A stretch of 64,000 nt of DNA from Actinomycetes bacterium. Its GTDB lineage: Bacteria; Actinomycetota; JAHEXW01. Every line of letters begins with the position of its first letter. The stretch's first letter is position 1. Position numbers and translations under genes: made by a program. The notes beneath the pieces are model-generated. The model saw only the letters and a list, made by a program, of their open reading frames with translations. It made no database searches and was not told where the DNA came from. Location of the stretch: positions 11,033 through 75,032 of the forward strand of contig JAHEXW010000003.1 in NCBI GenBank assembly GCA_023251915.1, read 5' to 3'. Below, in pieces: positions 28,575 through 37,855 of this stretch.

Positions 28575-29360
28575 CTACTTAACGATTCGCCGCCGCATAA
28601 GGTAGATTGACGCCATAAAGAAGATAAGAGTAACCGCGAGCACATATAATATGTCCCACCAAAATTGTCCCGTTACCTGGCTGTTTAAAAGACAGCGCGT
28701 TGCCCGCACGCAGTGCAGCAAAGGTGTTGCCTCGATCAGGCCGGCGGCCCACGACGGCAGATTCTGCACCGGAAAGAATATTCCCGAGAACAGGAACAAT
28801 GGCGTTACGAACATCGTAAAGTAATGCGTAAAGAGAGACACGTCCGAAATCAACGCGGTAAATGTCATCCCCAGTACCGCGAACATCAAGCCGACAATAA
28901 ACAAGAGCGGGAGCGTAGCTAGGGCGAGCGGCGATTTTGCCAGACCGAACGCGGTAATCACCAAAAGGAACGCGCCGGCGCCCAACAGACCGCGGGTAGC
29001 GCCCCAGAATAACTCGCCCGTCACGATCTCCTCGATATTCAGCGGCGTCGCTAATATCGCGTCGTATACTTTCTGATACTTGAGGCGGACAAAACAATCA
29101 TACGTACAGGAGTAGGTCGCGCCCAGCATCGCCGACGAAGCCAGGAGCCCGGGCGCGATGAATTGCTGATAGGTCAAGCCTTGGACGCTGCTCACCAGCG
29201 TACCGACGCCGGTGCCCAGGCTTAACATCAGGATCAAAGGCCCGAAAAACGTTGGCACCATGGAGACCCAGAAGACCTTTCGGAACGCGCGCCTGTCTCG
29301 CTCCCACATTTTAAGCACGCCGCGCGGGGATATGGTGGCCAGGCTTCGCAGTAGGTTCAT
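28575..29360 (-). CDS. ABC-2 permease, NodJ-like
   Basis: YQQFIAPGL, YDAILATPL..EIVTGE, PLFLFSGIFFP, TPLLH. Confidence 0.9.
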   Translation of the reverse strand: MNLLRSLATISPRGVLKMWERDRRAFRKVFWVSMVPTFFGPLILMLSLGTGVGTLVSSVQGLTYQQFIAPGLLASSAMLGATYSCTYDCFVRLKYQKVYDAILATPLNIEEIVTGELFWGATRGLLGAGAFLLVITAFGLAKSPLALATLPLLFIVGLMFAVLGMTFTALISDVSLFTHYFTMFVTPLFLFSGIFFPVQNLPSWAAGLIEATPLLHCVRATRCLLNSQVTGQFWWDILYVLAVTLIFFMASIYLMRRRIVK

Positions 29361-30109
29361 TCTTCCAGCTTTCGTCCGGTGAGCTTCAAGAAGACTCCCT
29401 CAAGATCGGGTTGGCCATGCTTTTCAATGAGGGCCAGCGGCTCACCGTTTTCAACAATCTTGCCACCGTTCATAATGATCAGTCGATCGCACATCCGGGC
29501 GGCTTCGTCCATATAGTGAGTGGTAAGGATTTGTGTCATTCCTCGAGTTTTCAGATCGCGCATCTTGTCCCACAGTTGGTGACGGATCGACGGATCAAGC
29601 GCCGCAGTCGGTTCGTCCAGGATTAACAGGCGGGGATCGTTTAAGAGAGCGCGCGCCAGCAAAAGCCGGCGTTTCATGCCATTCGAGAGCTCGTCGATAT
29701 CCAGCTCGGCTTTATCCTCCAGTTCGACGAAGCGCAGCAGGTCTCGGCTCTTCGCCGTCGCCTGCGCGCGGGAAAAGTTAAAGAAGCCGGCGTAGACTTC
29801 CAGATTGGCTTGGACGGAGAGGTCGATATCCAAGTTGTTCTCGTCCGGAACAACGCCAATGGCCGCCTTCAGAGACCGCGGGTCGCGGGCGGGATCTAAA
29901 CCCAAAACATTAAGACGGCCGGAGGTCGGAGGTGACACGGCGCTGATCATTTTGACGGTCGTGGTCTTGCCTGCGCCGTTTGGTCCGAGAATGCCAAAAC
30001 ACTCGCCGTGTCTGATTGCGAAGCTGATTCCGTCGACGGCGACGAAAGCGCCGAATGATTTAGTAAGCTTGTCCGCTGATAACGCGGGCGTCGTCGTTTG
30101 TGGGTCCAT
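29357..30109 (-). CDS. ABC ATP-binding protein, NodI-like
   Basis: GPNGAGKTT, LSNGMKRRL, LILDEPT, LTTHYMDEA. Confidence 0.92.
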   Translation of the reverse strand: MDPQTTTPALSADKLTKSFGAFVAVDGISFAIRHGECFGILGPNGAGKTTTVKMISAVSPPTSGRLNVLGLDPARDPRSLKAAIGVVPDENNLDIDLSVQANLEVYAGFFNFSRAQATAKSRDLLRFVELEDKAELDIDELSNGMKRRLLLARALLNDPRLLILDEPTAALDPSIRHQLWDKMRDLKTRGMTQILTTHYMDEAARMCDRLIIMNGGKIVENGEPLALIEKHGQPDLEGVFLKLTGRKLEE

Positions 30110-30207
30110 TCGCCAATTCTAACAAACACACGGGTGCAACTGTCGCCGTGCCGCGCCGGTTGGTCATGCCGGGCCCGAAATAGTAGGATAGGGAGGGGGT
30201 AGAAGTC

Positions 30208-31401
30208 TTGCGTGCAGATAAAGATCCAAGTGTGCTGATAGTTACGGCAAGTTTTGGCGCCGGTCACACCAGCGTCTCTAACTCATTGCGGGAAGCGTTT
30301 GTTGCCCGTGGCGTTACTCGCGTCTCTATTCTGGATTTTTATGAGCTGGTTTCTCCGTTTTTTAACAAAGTCTCTCGTTTTGTCTACTCGACCGGGACAA
30401 CTTGGACGCCGGCTCTATACGGGGCCGCTTATAAAAAGGTTGATGCGCTTCCGCCCGACTCCTGGGTGCATGCCGCGGCTGACCGCTTTGGTCGCGAAGA
30501 GCTGGCCTCCAAGGTGACGACCGAAGAGCCGGATATCGTCCTGTTTACGTATCCTGCCCCCGGCGGAGTTTTGACGACGCTGCGGCGGAAGCGCTTGTTT
30601 AGCGGCATGCTGGCGACAGTCATTACCGACTATTCCGTACATTCGGGCTGGCTGCATAACCCCGTCGACTTATACTTGGTCGCCACTAACGAGATCAAGA
30701 CCGAGCTGGTGAAGCGCGGGATTGACAGAGCGCGTGTCGAAATCAGCGGGATTCCGATCGACATCTCGTTTGGCGGGATGGAGAAAGACACCGGCAATAC
30801 TTCCGGGGTGCCGGTGGTTATATTTGCTGCGCACGGCTATCGGACCAACGACGCGTTTAATGTCGCGTGCTCTCTCTCGCGTTCGGCTCCCGCGGCGAAA
30901 ATCGTGGTTCTTTACCGGGGGAACGACATGTTGGCTCGGCGCTTGGGCGAGGTGGCTAACGGCGGCAACATCGAGCTGGTGAGCTTTGCTCCCAACCTCG
31001 GACACCTTATGAGCCGAGCGGACGTCATGGTTTCTAAAGCCGGCGGTTTAACAATGACCGAGGCTATGGTTTCGGGTCTGCCGGTAGTTGTTTGGCGACC
31101 CGTTCCGGGACAAGAGGCGGAAAATACCAGGTTCATGGTCCGGGCTGGAGCCGCGTTGACGGCCAACACCATCTCTGAATTGGCAGCGGCAGTGGGTTTG
31201 ATTTTGTCGGATCCGGTCACTCGCGAGAGCATGCGCTCGGCCGCGCGCCGCACAGTGCGACGCGGTTCGGCTGACCGGGCGGTGTCCGCGGTCTTGCAAC
31301 GCTTTGTCGAGACAGCTCCACAAGAAGAGGCAGGTGAGACGAATGCCGCGACGCGCAAAGCGGGTGCTGATCTTATCGGCCAGTTATGGAGCCGGCCATA
31401 A
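30208..31401 (+). CDS. GT28 MGDG/diglucosyl-DAG synthase-like glycosyltransferase (YkoN/UgtP family)
   Basis: TASFGAGH, VITDY, SKAGGLTMTEA, PVPGQEAEN; TTG start. Confidence 0.88.
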   Translation: MRADKDPSVLIVTASFGAGHTSVSNSLREAFVARGVTRVSILDFYELVSPFFNKVSRFVYSTGTTWTPALYGAAYKKVDALPPDSWVHAAADRFGREELASKVTTEEPDIVLFTYPAPGGVLTTLRRKRLFSGMLATVITDYSVHSGWLHNPVDLYLVATNEIKTELVKRGIDRARVEISGIPIDISFGGMEKDTGNTSGVPVVIFAAHGYRTNDAFNVACSLSRSAPAAKIVVLYRGNDMLARRLGEVANGGNIELVSFAPNLGHLMSRADVMVSKAGGLTMTEAMVSGLPVVVWRPVPGQEAENTRFMVRAGAALTANTISELAAAVGLILSDPVTRESMRSAARRTVRRGSADRAVSAVLQRFVETAPQEEAGETNAATRKAGADLIGQLWSRP

Positions 31402-32512
31402 TCAGGTTTCTCGCGCCCTGCAAGAGGGTATCAAGAGCATCGACCCGACAACAGAAGTCGACATAGTTGATTTCTTCCAATTCGTCTCCGAGCCATTCAA
31501 CCGATTGACTCAGACTCTCTATGTTCAATCGGTGCGCCGCCTGCCTGCAGGCTATGGGCTTTTCTATAAGCGGACCGGCCATATTCCGCCAGATTCAGTA
31601 TGGCAACGCCAACTCAACCATTTAGGCAAAGAAAACCTACTTGACTACCTGGACAGACATGATCCGGACCTTATCGTTTGCACGTTTCCGACTCCGGCCG
31701 GCGTTCTATCCGAACTTAAGGAAGAAGGGCTTGTGGATGTGCCCGTCCATGTCGTGATTACGGATTATGTTGTACACAGTCAATGGATTCATCCGCACGT
31801 CGACCGCTATTATGTGGCCGACGGCAGTGTCGGCGCCGGGTTGGAGGAGCGGGGCATGGCGCCGGATAGAATAACCGTCACCGGAATACCGATTCGGCGG
31901 GAGTTTGCTGGACGTGTTGACCGGGCCGACGCCCGAACCGCCCTTGACCTTAGCCAAGAAATGCCGGCCGTGCTTGTGATGGCTGGCGCATTTTCGATGC
32001 TCGGCGGGTTACCTGAGATCGTCCGGGTGCTGGAACGGCTTGAGGTGCCGCATCAGACAATTGTCATCGCCGGCCACGACAAGAAGCTGGAAAAGCGTCT
32101 AAAGACGATTACAAAGAACGCTCTGTTTCCCGTGCGCGTACTTGGATTTGTCGAGGACGTCAAAAGTTATATGAGCGCTGCCGACCTCATTATCTCCAAG
32201 ACCGGCGGCATAACGGTAGCTGAGGCTCTGGCCTGCGGATTGCCGTTGGTCGCTTTTAATGTCATACCGGGACAGGAGGCCAGCAACTGCAAGTTTCTCC
32301 TAAAGAAGGGTGCAGCCCGTTATGCCCGCCAACCGGCCCAATTGGAATCGGTTCTGCGTCGCCTGCTGAATGAGCCTGACGCCTTAGCCAGGATGTCCCG
32401 CGCGGCCGCCGCTTTGGCACGTCCGGACGCCGCGCTCGATGTCGCCGCCTCGATACTGAACACACCTGTGACTTACGCGCGCGAGCTAGCCATTTCGGAT
32501 ACGCCGGCGTGA
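31343..32512 (+). CDS. Second GT28 MGDG-synthase-like glycosyltransferase
   Basis: SASYGAGH, VITDYVVHSQW, TGIPI, SKTGGITVAEA, IPGQEASN; start 31343 chosen (GGTGAG upstream); overlaps the upstream gene by 59 nt. Confidence 0.9.
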   Translation: MPRRAKRVLILSASYGAGHNQVSRALQEGIKSIDPTTEVDIVDFFQFVSEPFNRLTQTLYVQSVRRLPAGYGLFYKRTGHIPPDSVWQRQLNHLGKENLLDYLDRHDPDLIVCTFPTPAGVLSELKEEGLVDVPVHVVITDYVVHSQWIHPHVDRYYVADGSVGAGLEERGMAPDRITVTGIPIRREFAGRVDRADARTALDLSQEMPAVLVMAGAFSMLGGLPEIVRVLERLEVPHQTIVIAGHDKKLEKRLKTITKNALFPVRVLGFVEDVKSYMSAADLIISKTGGITVAEALACGLPLVAFNVIPGQEASNCKFLLKKGAARYARQPAQLESVLRRLLNEPDALARMSRAAAALARPDAALDVAASILNTPVTYARELAISDTPA

Positions 32513-33063
32513 GCGCACTAGCCCGGCTCATCCTGACCCCTTGGGAAAAGCTCTATTCGAAGGTCGCCAGGGAGAGACCGGTGACGGGTGGTTCGGGCGT
32601 CGGGGCAGTTTCACTCCACCCTTATCACGGCCCGCGCGTCTCTTTATCCGACGGTCCCGTGATTGAGTCCGGAGATCCTATTCTGGAACTTCACCTGATA
32701 AACTACCGGCTGCGCGATGTCATGGAGTCCGGCGATTCTCTGGCGTCCAACGAATTGACTTTGCTGCGACAAGAATACGCAGCTTTGGCCAGGCTCGCAC
32801 AACGCGGCCAGCTCCCCGACTTCAAAGCGGTTTACGGGATGACGCTGCTAAGTCCGCTTGTGAGGCGGTTGGGGTTCGAGGTTTTTCAGGCGCCGCCGAC
32901 ACTCATTTACAGGTTGATCGCCGCCTGGCAAGATATTCTGCGGCGGGCCTACTATCCCGGCGGTCGGGCGCGCCGCAATAAACGCGGGTTGGTCGTGTAT
33001 TGGATGCCGCGGGAGAAATTGATAGACCTGTACGGAGGCCGCGAAACGGAAAGCAAATATTGA
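32509..33063 (+). CDS. YkoP-family protein
   Basis: WE..Y, HPYHG..V.LSDG..I..GD.ILELH..N, AVYGMTLL...VRRLGF; lies downstream of YkoN-like GTs as in Bacillus ykoN-ykoP. Confidence 0.7.
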   Translation: MSALARLILTPWEKLYSKVARERPVTGGSGVGAVSLHPYHGPRVSLSDGPVIESGDPILELHLINYRLRDVMESGDSLASNELTLLRQEYAALARLAQRGQLPDFKAVYGMTLLSPLVRRLGFEVFQAPPTLIYRLIAAWQDILRRAYYPGGRARRNKRGLVVYWMPREKLIDLYGGRETESKY

Positions 33064-33140
33064 CAATTTAGCCTAATCAAGATTAGTATTTGCGGTAATA
33101 TTACGCTTACCCACGAGGACACGATTGAAAGGTAGAAAAG

Positions 33141-34775
33141 ATGCCAATAGCCAAGTTTAGGAGTCCGTTTGTTTCCGCGATTTGCGGACTGGCCCTCTCG
33201 GCGCTGATGATCGGGTCTCTGCCCGCCGTCGCCATCGCGAACGGTGACAACCCGGGACAAGAGACAGGCCGGATTCGTGCCGCCGTCAGCGCTGCCACCA
33301 CGATCTACGCCGACGCGGTAAACGGCAGTGATTCGACCGGCGACGGCACGCAAGGCAATCCTTATAAAAGCTTGAGCATGGCGGCAGGGAACGCTTATGA
33401 CGGAGATACGATCCAGCTGCTGCCGGGCACCTACAGCCCGTCAACGACGAATGAGAGCTTCTACATCGGAATGGCGGCGGTAACCCTAAGGGGTTCCGGG
33501 AGCGACAGCACGATTCTGGATGGTGAGAACGACTGGACCCAGGACAACATCAACTCGTATACGAGAATGCTTAATTACAGCAACGATAGTGGGACAACGG
33601 CGTCTATTGAGGACATGACGATCCGGGGCGCCGGTGAGGCGGCCGTGGACATTTACCGCGGCAATCTGACCATTAACAATTGCGTCTTCGCCAAAAACTA
33701 CCATGACGACAGCGGTGCGGCCATCCTGATGCGCTATGGCAACGGAACGGAAAAAATATCCATAACGAATTGTGTCTTTACTGAGAACAACTGTGACGAG
33801 AGCGGCGGGGCCATCTGTCTTTACAATCCTGGCGACACGGAGATAAGTCAGAATACGTTTTTGGAGAACGAGGCGGGCCAGGGCGCCGCGATCTTTTCGG
33901 AGGGCTCCGGTGGCAGCGCCGTTGACATCCACTGCAACAAGATCCAGGATTCAACCACTCAATATAACGGCGCGGTTTACCTGGATAACACGTCGGATTC
34001 CACGGCGGTTAAATTCTACAACAACCTGGTAACCGGGAACATTTCGGCGGGCAACTCCACGTCCGCCTTATTCTTGTCCAACGACGTCTCGACCAGCGTC
34101 TATAACAACACCTTCTCCGCCAATGCCGGGGGTAATACACTCTACGACTGGGGCGAGGTCAAGAACGCGTTGGTCTACAACAATATCTTCTGGGGCGACG
34201 CGCCCGTCGATACGGAATTGGTCGCAGGTGACTATTACTACAACGACATTCAAAATATGAGCGCGGCCGGCTTTGATACCAACATGCACGTTGATCCGCT
34301 GTTCGTGGACGCGGCCAACGGCGATTATCATCTGCAAGCCGGCAGTCCGTGCCGCGGCGCCGGCGTTTCCGATTCGACCTACCCGGCGCCCGATACCGAT
34401 CTCGACGGAGTCGGCCGACCTACCGGCACCGGTCACGTGTCGATGGGCGCATACGAGTTCGTCACAATCCAGTTCGACCCGCTTCCCGGTCTGAGCGCGC
34501 CTATCAATTTGGACGAAGGACAAGTGGTTTGGCAGAACCCGTTTATCATCAAGGTCTTCCCGACCAGCAATGCCGGCATCCAGCGCGTTGAGTTTTACGT
34601 TGACGACGTCTTGATTGGCACGGTTACCGAGCCGGACGCGTCCGGTGTCTATTCTTGCGCTTGGGATACGGCGAAGTATCATTCGCTGGTGCGCGTCGTG
34701 GCTTATGACAACCAGGGCGGTAAGGTGACGCTGACCCGCAACACGACAGTCGCGTTGCCCTATACCGGACGCTAG
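33141..34775 (+). CDS. Secreted parallel beta-helix protein with C-terminal Ig-like domain and terminal LPYTG
   Basis: Signal peptide; IYADAVNGSDSTGDGT.GNPYKSL (DUF1565-like); N..GGAI repeats; DPLFVD...DYHL..GSPC..AG; RVEFYVD; ends LPYTGR*. Confidence 0.85.
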   Translation: MPIAKFRSPFVSAICGLALSALMIGSLPAVAIANGDNPGQETGRIRAAVSAATTIYADAVNGSDSTGDGTQGNPYKSLSMAAGNAYDGDTIQLLPGTYSPSTTNESFYIGMAAVTLRGSGSDSTILDGENDWTQDNINSYTRMLNYSNDSGTTASIEDMTIRGAGEAAVDIYRGNLTINNCVFAKNYHDDSGAAILMRYGNGTEKISITNCVFTENNCDESGGAICLYNPGDTEISQNTFLENEAGQGAAIFSEGSGGSAVDIHCNKIQDSTTQYNGAVYLDNTSDSTAVKFYNNLVTGNISAGNSTSALFLSNDVSTSVYNNTFSANAGGNTLYDWGEVKNALVYNNIFWGDAPVDTELVAGDYYYNDIQNMSAAGFDTNMHVDPLFVDAANGDYHLQAGSPCRGAGVSDSTYPAPDTDLDGVGRPTGTGHVSMGAYEFVTIQFDPLPGLSAPINLDEGQVVWQNPFIIKVFPTSNAGIQRVEFYVDDVLIGTVTEPDASGVYSCAWDTAKYHSLVRVVAYDNQGGKVTLTRNTTVALPYTGR

Positions 34776-35914
34776 CGCTTTAGGAATAGATTGGCGATCG
34801 GTCCCCGCGTGACGCGCAAAGCTCGTTGCGGACACAGCTCGATGCAGCAGAAACAACGGATACATTTGTCGTAGTCAAAGACGGGCTTGCCGTCGACTAC
34901 TTGAACGGCGCCGACGGGACACGGACGCGGGCAGTGTCCGCAGCCGGTGCAGAGGTCAGGCAACAGTTCCGGGCGTTCTTGCCGTAAAAACCAACCGCTG
35001 ACCGTTTGGGCGACCGATGGAACATGGAACCGCTTGGTCTGGCCCGCCATCTCCTTGACTACGTCAGGCAATGGTTCGCCGACGATCTCGATCTGCTCAA
35101 TATCGGTGACACCCAAACCGCGCCGACCGGCGTTAACTAAAATCGGCACAGTCTTAGGGTCGACACCCAAGATGAGCGCCGCGACCGTATCCAGCGCGAC
35201 GCCGTCGCGACTGGCTAAGATTAGCCCGGGCCAGACCCTATCCTGCTCGCGCCACCGGCCGCCCAATCCGACGACTGCATCCATGACGCACAGCCGGGGC
35301 CTCAGAACACTGTAGATGTCCACAATTAGCGCGGCGAATTTCTCGTGCGTTGTTCCGAGCGCGTGATAAGCGCTTTTTGTACCGCCCGGTACAGTGCCGA
35401 AAAGGTTCTTAACCGCCCCTGTTGTTTTGGTCAGGATATGAGTCTTAAGTTTCGGAGCATCGATTATCAGATCTGCCTCGACGGCCGGGCGCGCCAGAAA
35501 CGCCTCCGGTAAAACCTCAGCGGATGGAATCGGCACAGCCACAGGCTCCAGGCCATCGAAGCTGACAACGCAGGCGCCTTGACGAGCGCAAGCGTCGCGG
35601 ATGCCGGTCGTCTGCAGCGCTCGCTCCGTCGCCCCGTGCCAGCGCAGTCCGGAGGCGTCTCCTACAGTGACGACCGCATTACGTTCGGCCGCCATTTTGA
35701 TGAGCGCTTCGGTAACCCGGTAATCGGTCGTATTGCCAGACTCTCCGTCGCTGGTCTCAACAAGGTTGGGCTTAACGAGCACTTTCTCGCCGACGTCGAT
35801 TTCATCCAAAATCGCCAAGCCGCCGCACATAAACACCGCCTGCCGCACAGCGGCTTCGACGTCCGAATAATCAATCGGGGTGCGAACGATGGCGACCTTT
35901 GCTTTAGCCATCAT
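34772..35914 (-). CDS. DUF362 Fe-S protein fused to a 2x[4Fe-4S] ferredoxin
   Basis: KVLVKPN, PKLKTH, AVKNLFG, DGVALD; CTGCGHCPRPCP and CIRCFCCIELCP. Confidence 0.9.
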   Translation of the reverse strand: MMAKAKVAIVRTPIDYSDVEAAVRQAVFMCGGLAILDEIDVGEKVLVKPNLVETSDGESGNTTDYRVTEALIKMAAERNAVVTVGDASGLRWHGATERALQTTGIRDACARQGACVVSFDGLEPVAVPIPSAEVLPEAFLARPAVEADLIIDAPKLKTHILTKTTGAVKNLFGTVPGGTKSAYHALGTTHEKFAALIVDIYSVLRPRLCVMDAVVGLGGRWREQDRVWPGLILASRDGVALDTVAALILGVDPKTVPILVNAGRRGLGVTDIEQIEIVGEPLPDVVKEMAGQTKRFHVPSVAQTVSGWFLRQERPELLPDLCTGCGHCPRPCPVGAVQVVDGKPVFDYDKCIRCFCCIELCPQRALRVTRGPIANLFLKR

Positions 35915-36668
35915 CAGCCTTCTTTGGGTCAGTTTCATGGGTCGCAGTAACGGCGGCTCGCAACGCGTCGAGCAGAATATGGCCGGCGGCATGCTGCATG
36001 TTGTCGTTGAAATCAGGGTCAAAAGTCATACTGGCCCGGCAAGGATAGCTGCCCCAGTATTTGGCTGCCCACCATTCGAGCTTGTCATCGAGCGCTTTAC
36101 CGACCAAATTACGGGCGACAAAATAAGTGTCACCGCAGGGCGCCGAGCGGATGACATCGACAGCGGTAATTACGTTATCAATGACCGTGATCTTGATCTC
36201 CGGCCGGCCGATCTTCAAGTCACGCATCATCGCCGTTATGGCGGGCCGGGCGGAATCTTCAACGAGTGAGCAGAATGGTTTAGGAAAGGCGGTCTCCAGT
36301 CCGGCTGCGGCGCAGCGTCTAGCGACCTCGCCGCGGGACCAAGGGGTTGTCCAGGCGGGATCCTCGCGCGGCACGACGATCGCCCGGCCGCCGGCCGCCG
36401 CGACGGCCGCCGGTAATTCCAACATTATCTCTTCGTGGATGTTGATGGCGATCAAAACATCGTGCGGCAGAAGAGAGTCAGGCAAAAAAGCCGCGGGGTT
36501 GTCTAAGTATTCCGGCAGAACCGCGGGGTGAGTGACAATCTGCACGATATGGTCGCGCCGGTGCGCCGCGAACCCGGCAGCATACGCATCGTTGAAAAAG
36601 AGATCAAAGGGCCCGGCCGGCAGGGCCGAATCGCCATCGCTCATAACCAGGACAAGACGGGTCGGCAT
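35904..36668 (-). CDS. DUF166-family protein
   Basis: LPEYLDNP, IAINIH, PKPFCSL, IGRPE, V.VIRSAPCG.T, YPCRASM..D; family recognised from memory. Confidence 0.75.
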   Translation of the reverse strand: MPTRLVLVMSDGDSALPAGPFDLFFNDAYAAGFAAHRRDHIVQIVTHPAVLPEYLDNPAAFLPDSLLPHDVLIAINIHEEIMLELPAAVAAAGGRAIVVPREDPAWTTPWSRGEVARRCAAAGLETAFPKPFCSLVEDSARPAITAMMRDLKIGRPEIKITVIDNVITAVDVIRSAPCGDTYFVARNLVGKALDDKLEWWAAKYWGSYPCRASMTFDPDFNDNMQHAAGHILLDALRAAVTATHETDPKKADDG

Positions 36669-36675
36669 GGTCGGT

Positions 36676-37581
36676 CTACACCAGGTAAAGGAGGTAATCG
36701 TAGGCGGTCAATGCGGCGCGCGCGCCGTCACCGGCGGCGATGATAATCTGTTTGTCAGGCTCGTCCGTGACGTCACCGGCAGCGAAGATGCCGGGACGGC
36801 TTGTTCGTCCGGAACGGTCGACGACTATTTCGCCGGTCGCATTCAGTTTGACCAAACCTTTGACAATGTCAGAGTTGGGCGTCAGCCCTATTTCGACAAA
36901 CACGCCGGTTACGGCGAGTCGTCGCGGCCGGCCGTTGACGTTAACGTCGATTGATTCAACCAGCTCGGTGCCGTCGATCCCGGTGACAGCAGTGTCTGTC
37001 AGGACCTCGACATTCTTATGATCATAGACCTTGTTTTCCAGAATCTCGTCGGCGGTTAGTTCCGGTCCCGCTTCTATCAAGTAGACCTTAGCGGCGATGT
37101 CTGCCAGCTGTAGAGCGGCTTCCGCCCCTGAGTTACCCCCGCCAACAACTGCCACGTCCGCGGCTGCGAACAAGGGCGCGTCGCAAGTGGCGCAATAGGT
37201 GATACCGCGGCCGCGAAACGTGTCTTCACCAGTAACGCCCAGCTGGCGGGGCGATTTGCCCGTTGCGATAATAACCGTGTGTGCCTGATGTTTACGTCCG
37301 TCCACGTCTTCAACGGCCCAGCCGTCCTGGCCGTCCGCGATCGATACAGCAGTTTTATAAACCATGTCCACCGCGAATTTCTTCAGATGTTCCTCGAACT
37401 TGTCGACCAGATCGCTGCCTTTGATGTAGTCAAAACCCAGATAGTTTTCAACTCCGCCGCTCCAAAGAGTCTGGCCGCCGACATCGGTCGTCAGCATTTT
37501 GACGCTCAACTGTTTGCGCGCGCAATACACCGCGGCGGTCATGCCCGCCGGTCCCGCGCCCAATATGATTACATCATTCAT
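36676..37581 (-). CDS. trxB: Thioredoxin reductase-like flavoprotein, AhpF/Cp34 type
   Basis: GAGPAG, GGQ..., ENYLG, IIATG, CATCD, GGGNSG, IFAAGD; IEAGPELTAD replaces the HRR NADPH motif. Confidence 0.9.
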   Translation of the reverse strand: MNDVIILGAGPAGMTAAVYCARKQLSVKMLTTDVGGQTLWSGGVENYLGFDYIKGSDLVDKFEEHLKKFAVDMVYKTAVSIADGQDGWAVEDVDGRKHQAHTVIIATGKSPRQLGVTGEDTFRGRGITYCATCDAPLFAAADVAVVGGGNSGAEAALQLADIAAKVYLIEAGPELTADEILENKVYDHKNVEVLTDTAVTGIDGTELVESIDVNVNGRPRRLAVTGVFVEIGLTPNSDIVKGLVKLNATGEIVVDRSGRTSRPGIFAAGDVTDEPDKQIIIAAGDGARAALTAYDYLLYLV

Positions 37582-37600
37582 CTAGCCTACCTTGTGTTAT

Positions 37601-37840
37601 TTATTTCAGAGCGGCCGTGATCTTGTCGCGATCGAAGCCCACTATGATGGTGCCGGCTATGTCGAGCACGGGCACAGTAAGTTGACTCGATTTCTTAATC
37701 ATCTCATGAAGTGCGTCGCGGTCGGCGGTAACGTCATGGTCTGTAAAAGCGACGCCCTGCTCGGTGAGCCAATCCTTGGCTTGGTGGCAGTGGGGTCAGG
37801 TCGGCGTGGAGTAAACGGTCACTTGCTTTGCTGCGGTCAT
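37601..37840 (-). CDS. Selenocysteine-containing glutaredoxin/NrdH-like redoxin (UPHC); missing from the ORF track
   Basis: MTAAKQVTVYSTPT-UGA-PHCHQAKDWLTEQGVAFTDHDVTADRDALHEMIKKSSQLTVPVLDIAGTIIVGFDRDKITAALK*; TGA at 37798-37796; AGGAGG RBS; frame open for 64 codons after TGA. Confidence 0.88.
37767..37781 (-). promoter_or_regulatory. Putative bacterial SECIS hairpin
   Basis: AGCCAA-GGA-TTGGCT; apical loop starts with G, ~21 nt 3' of the UGA. Confidence 0.6.
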
Positions 37841-37855
37841 CTCGTATACCTCCTC

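Noticed and set aside
28575-30109. Nodulation-factor export (nodIJ)
   Set aside because: No nodABC; NodIJ-like ABC-2 pairs are widespread outside rhizobia.
35904-36668. Thymidylate synthase label sometimes attached to DUF166 proteins
   Set aside because: No ThyA or ThyX (RHRxxSxxxxSxR) motifs are visible.
37601-37840. Glutaredoxin pseudogene, and the + strand ORF 37592-37870
   Set aside because: The stop falls exactly on the catalytic Cys, the rest is intact with RBS and a SECIS-like hairpin; the + ORF is its antisense shadow.
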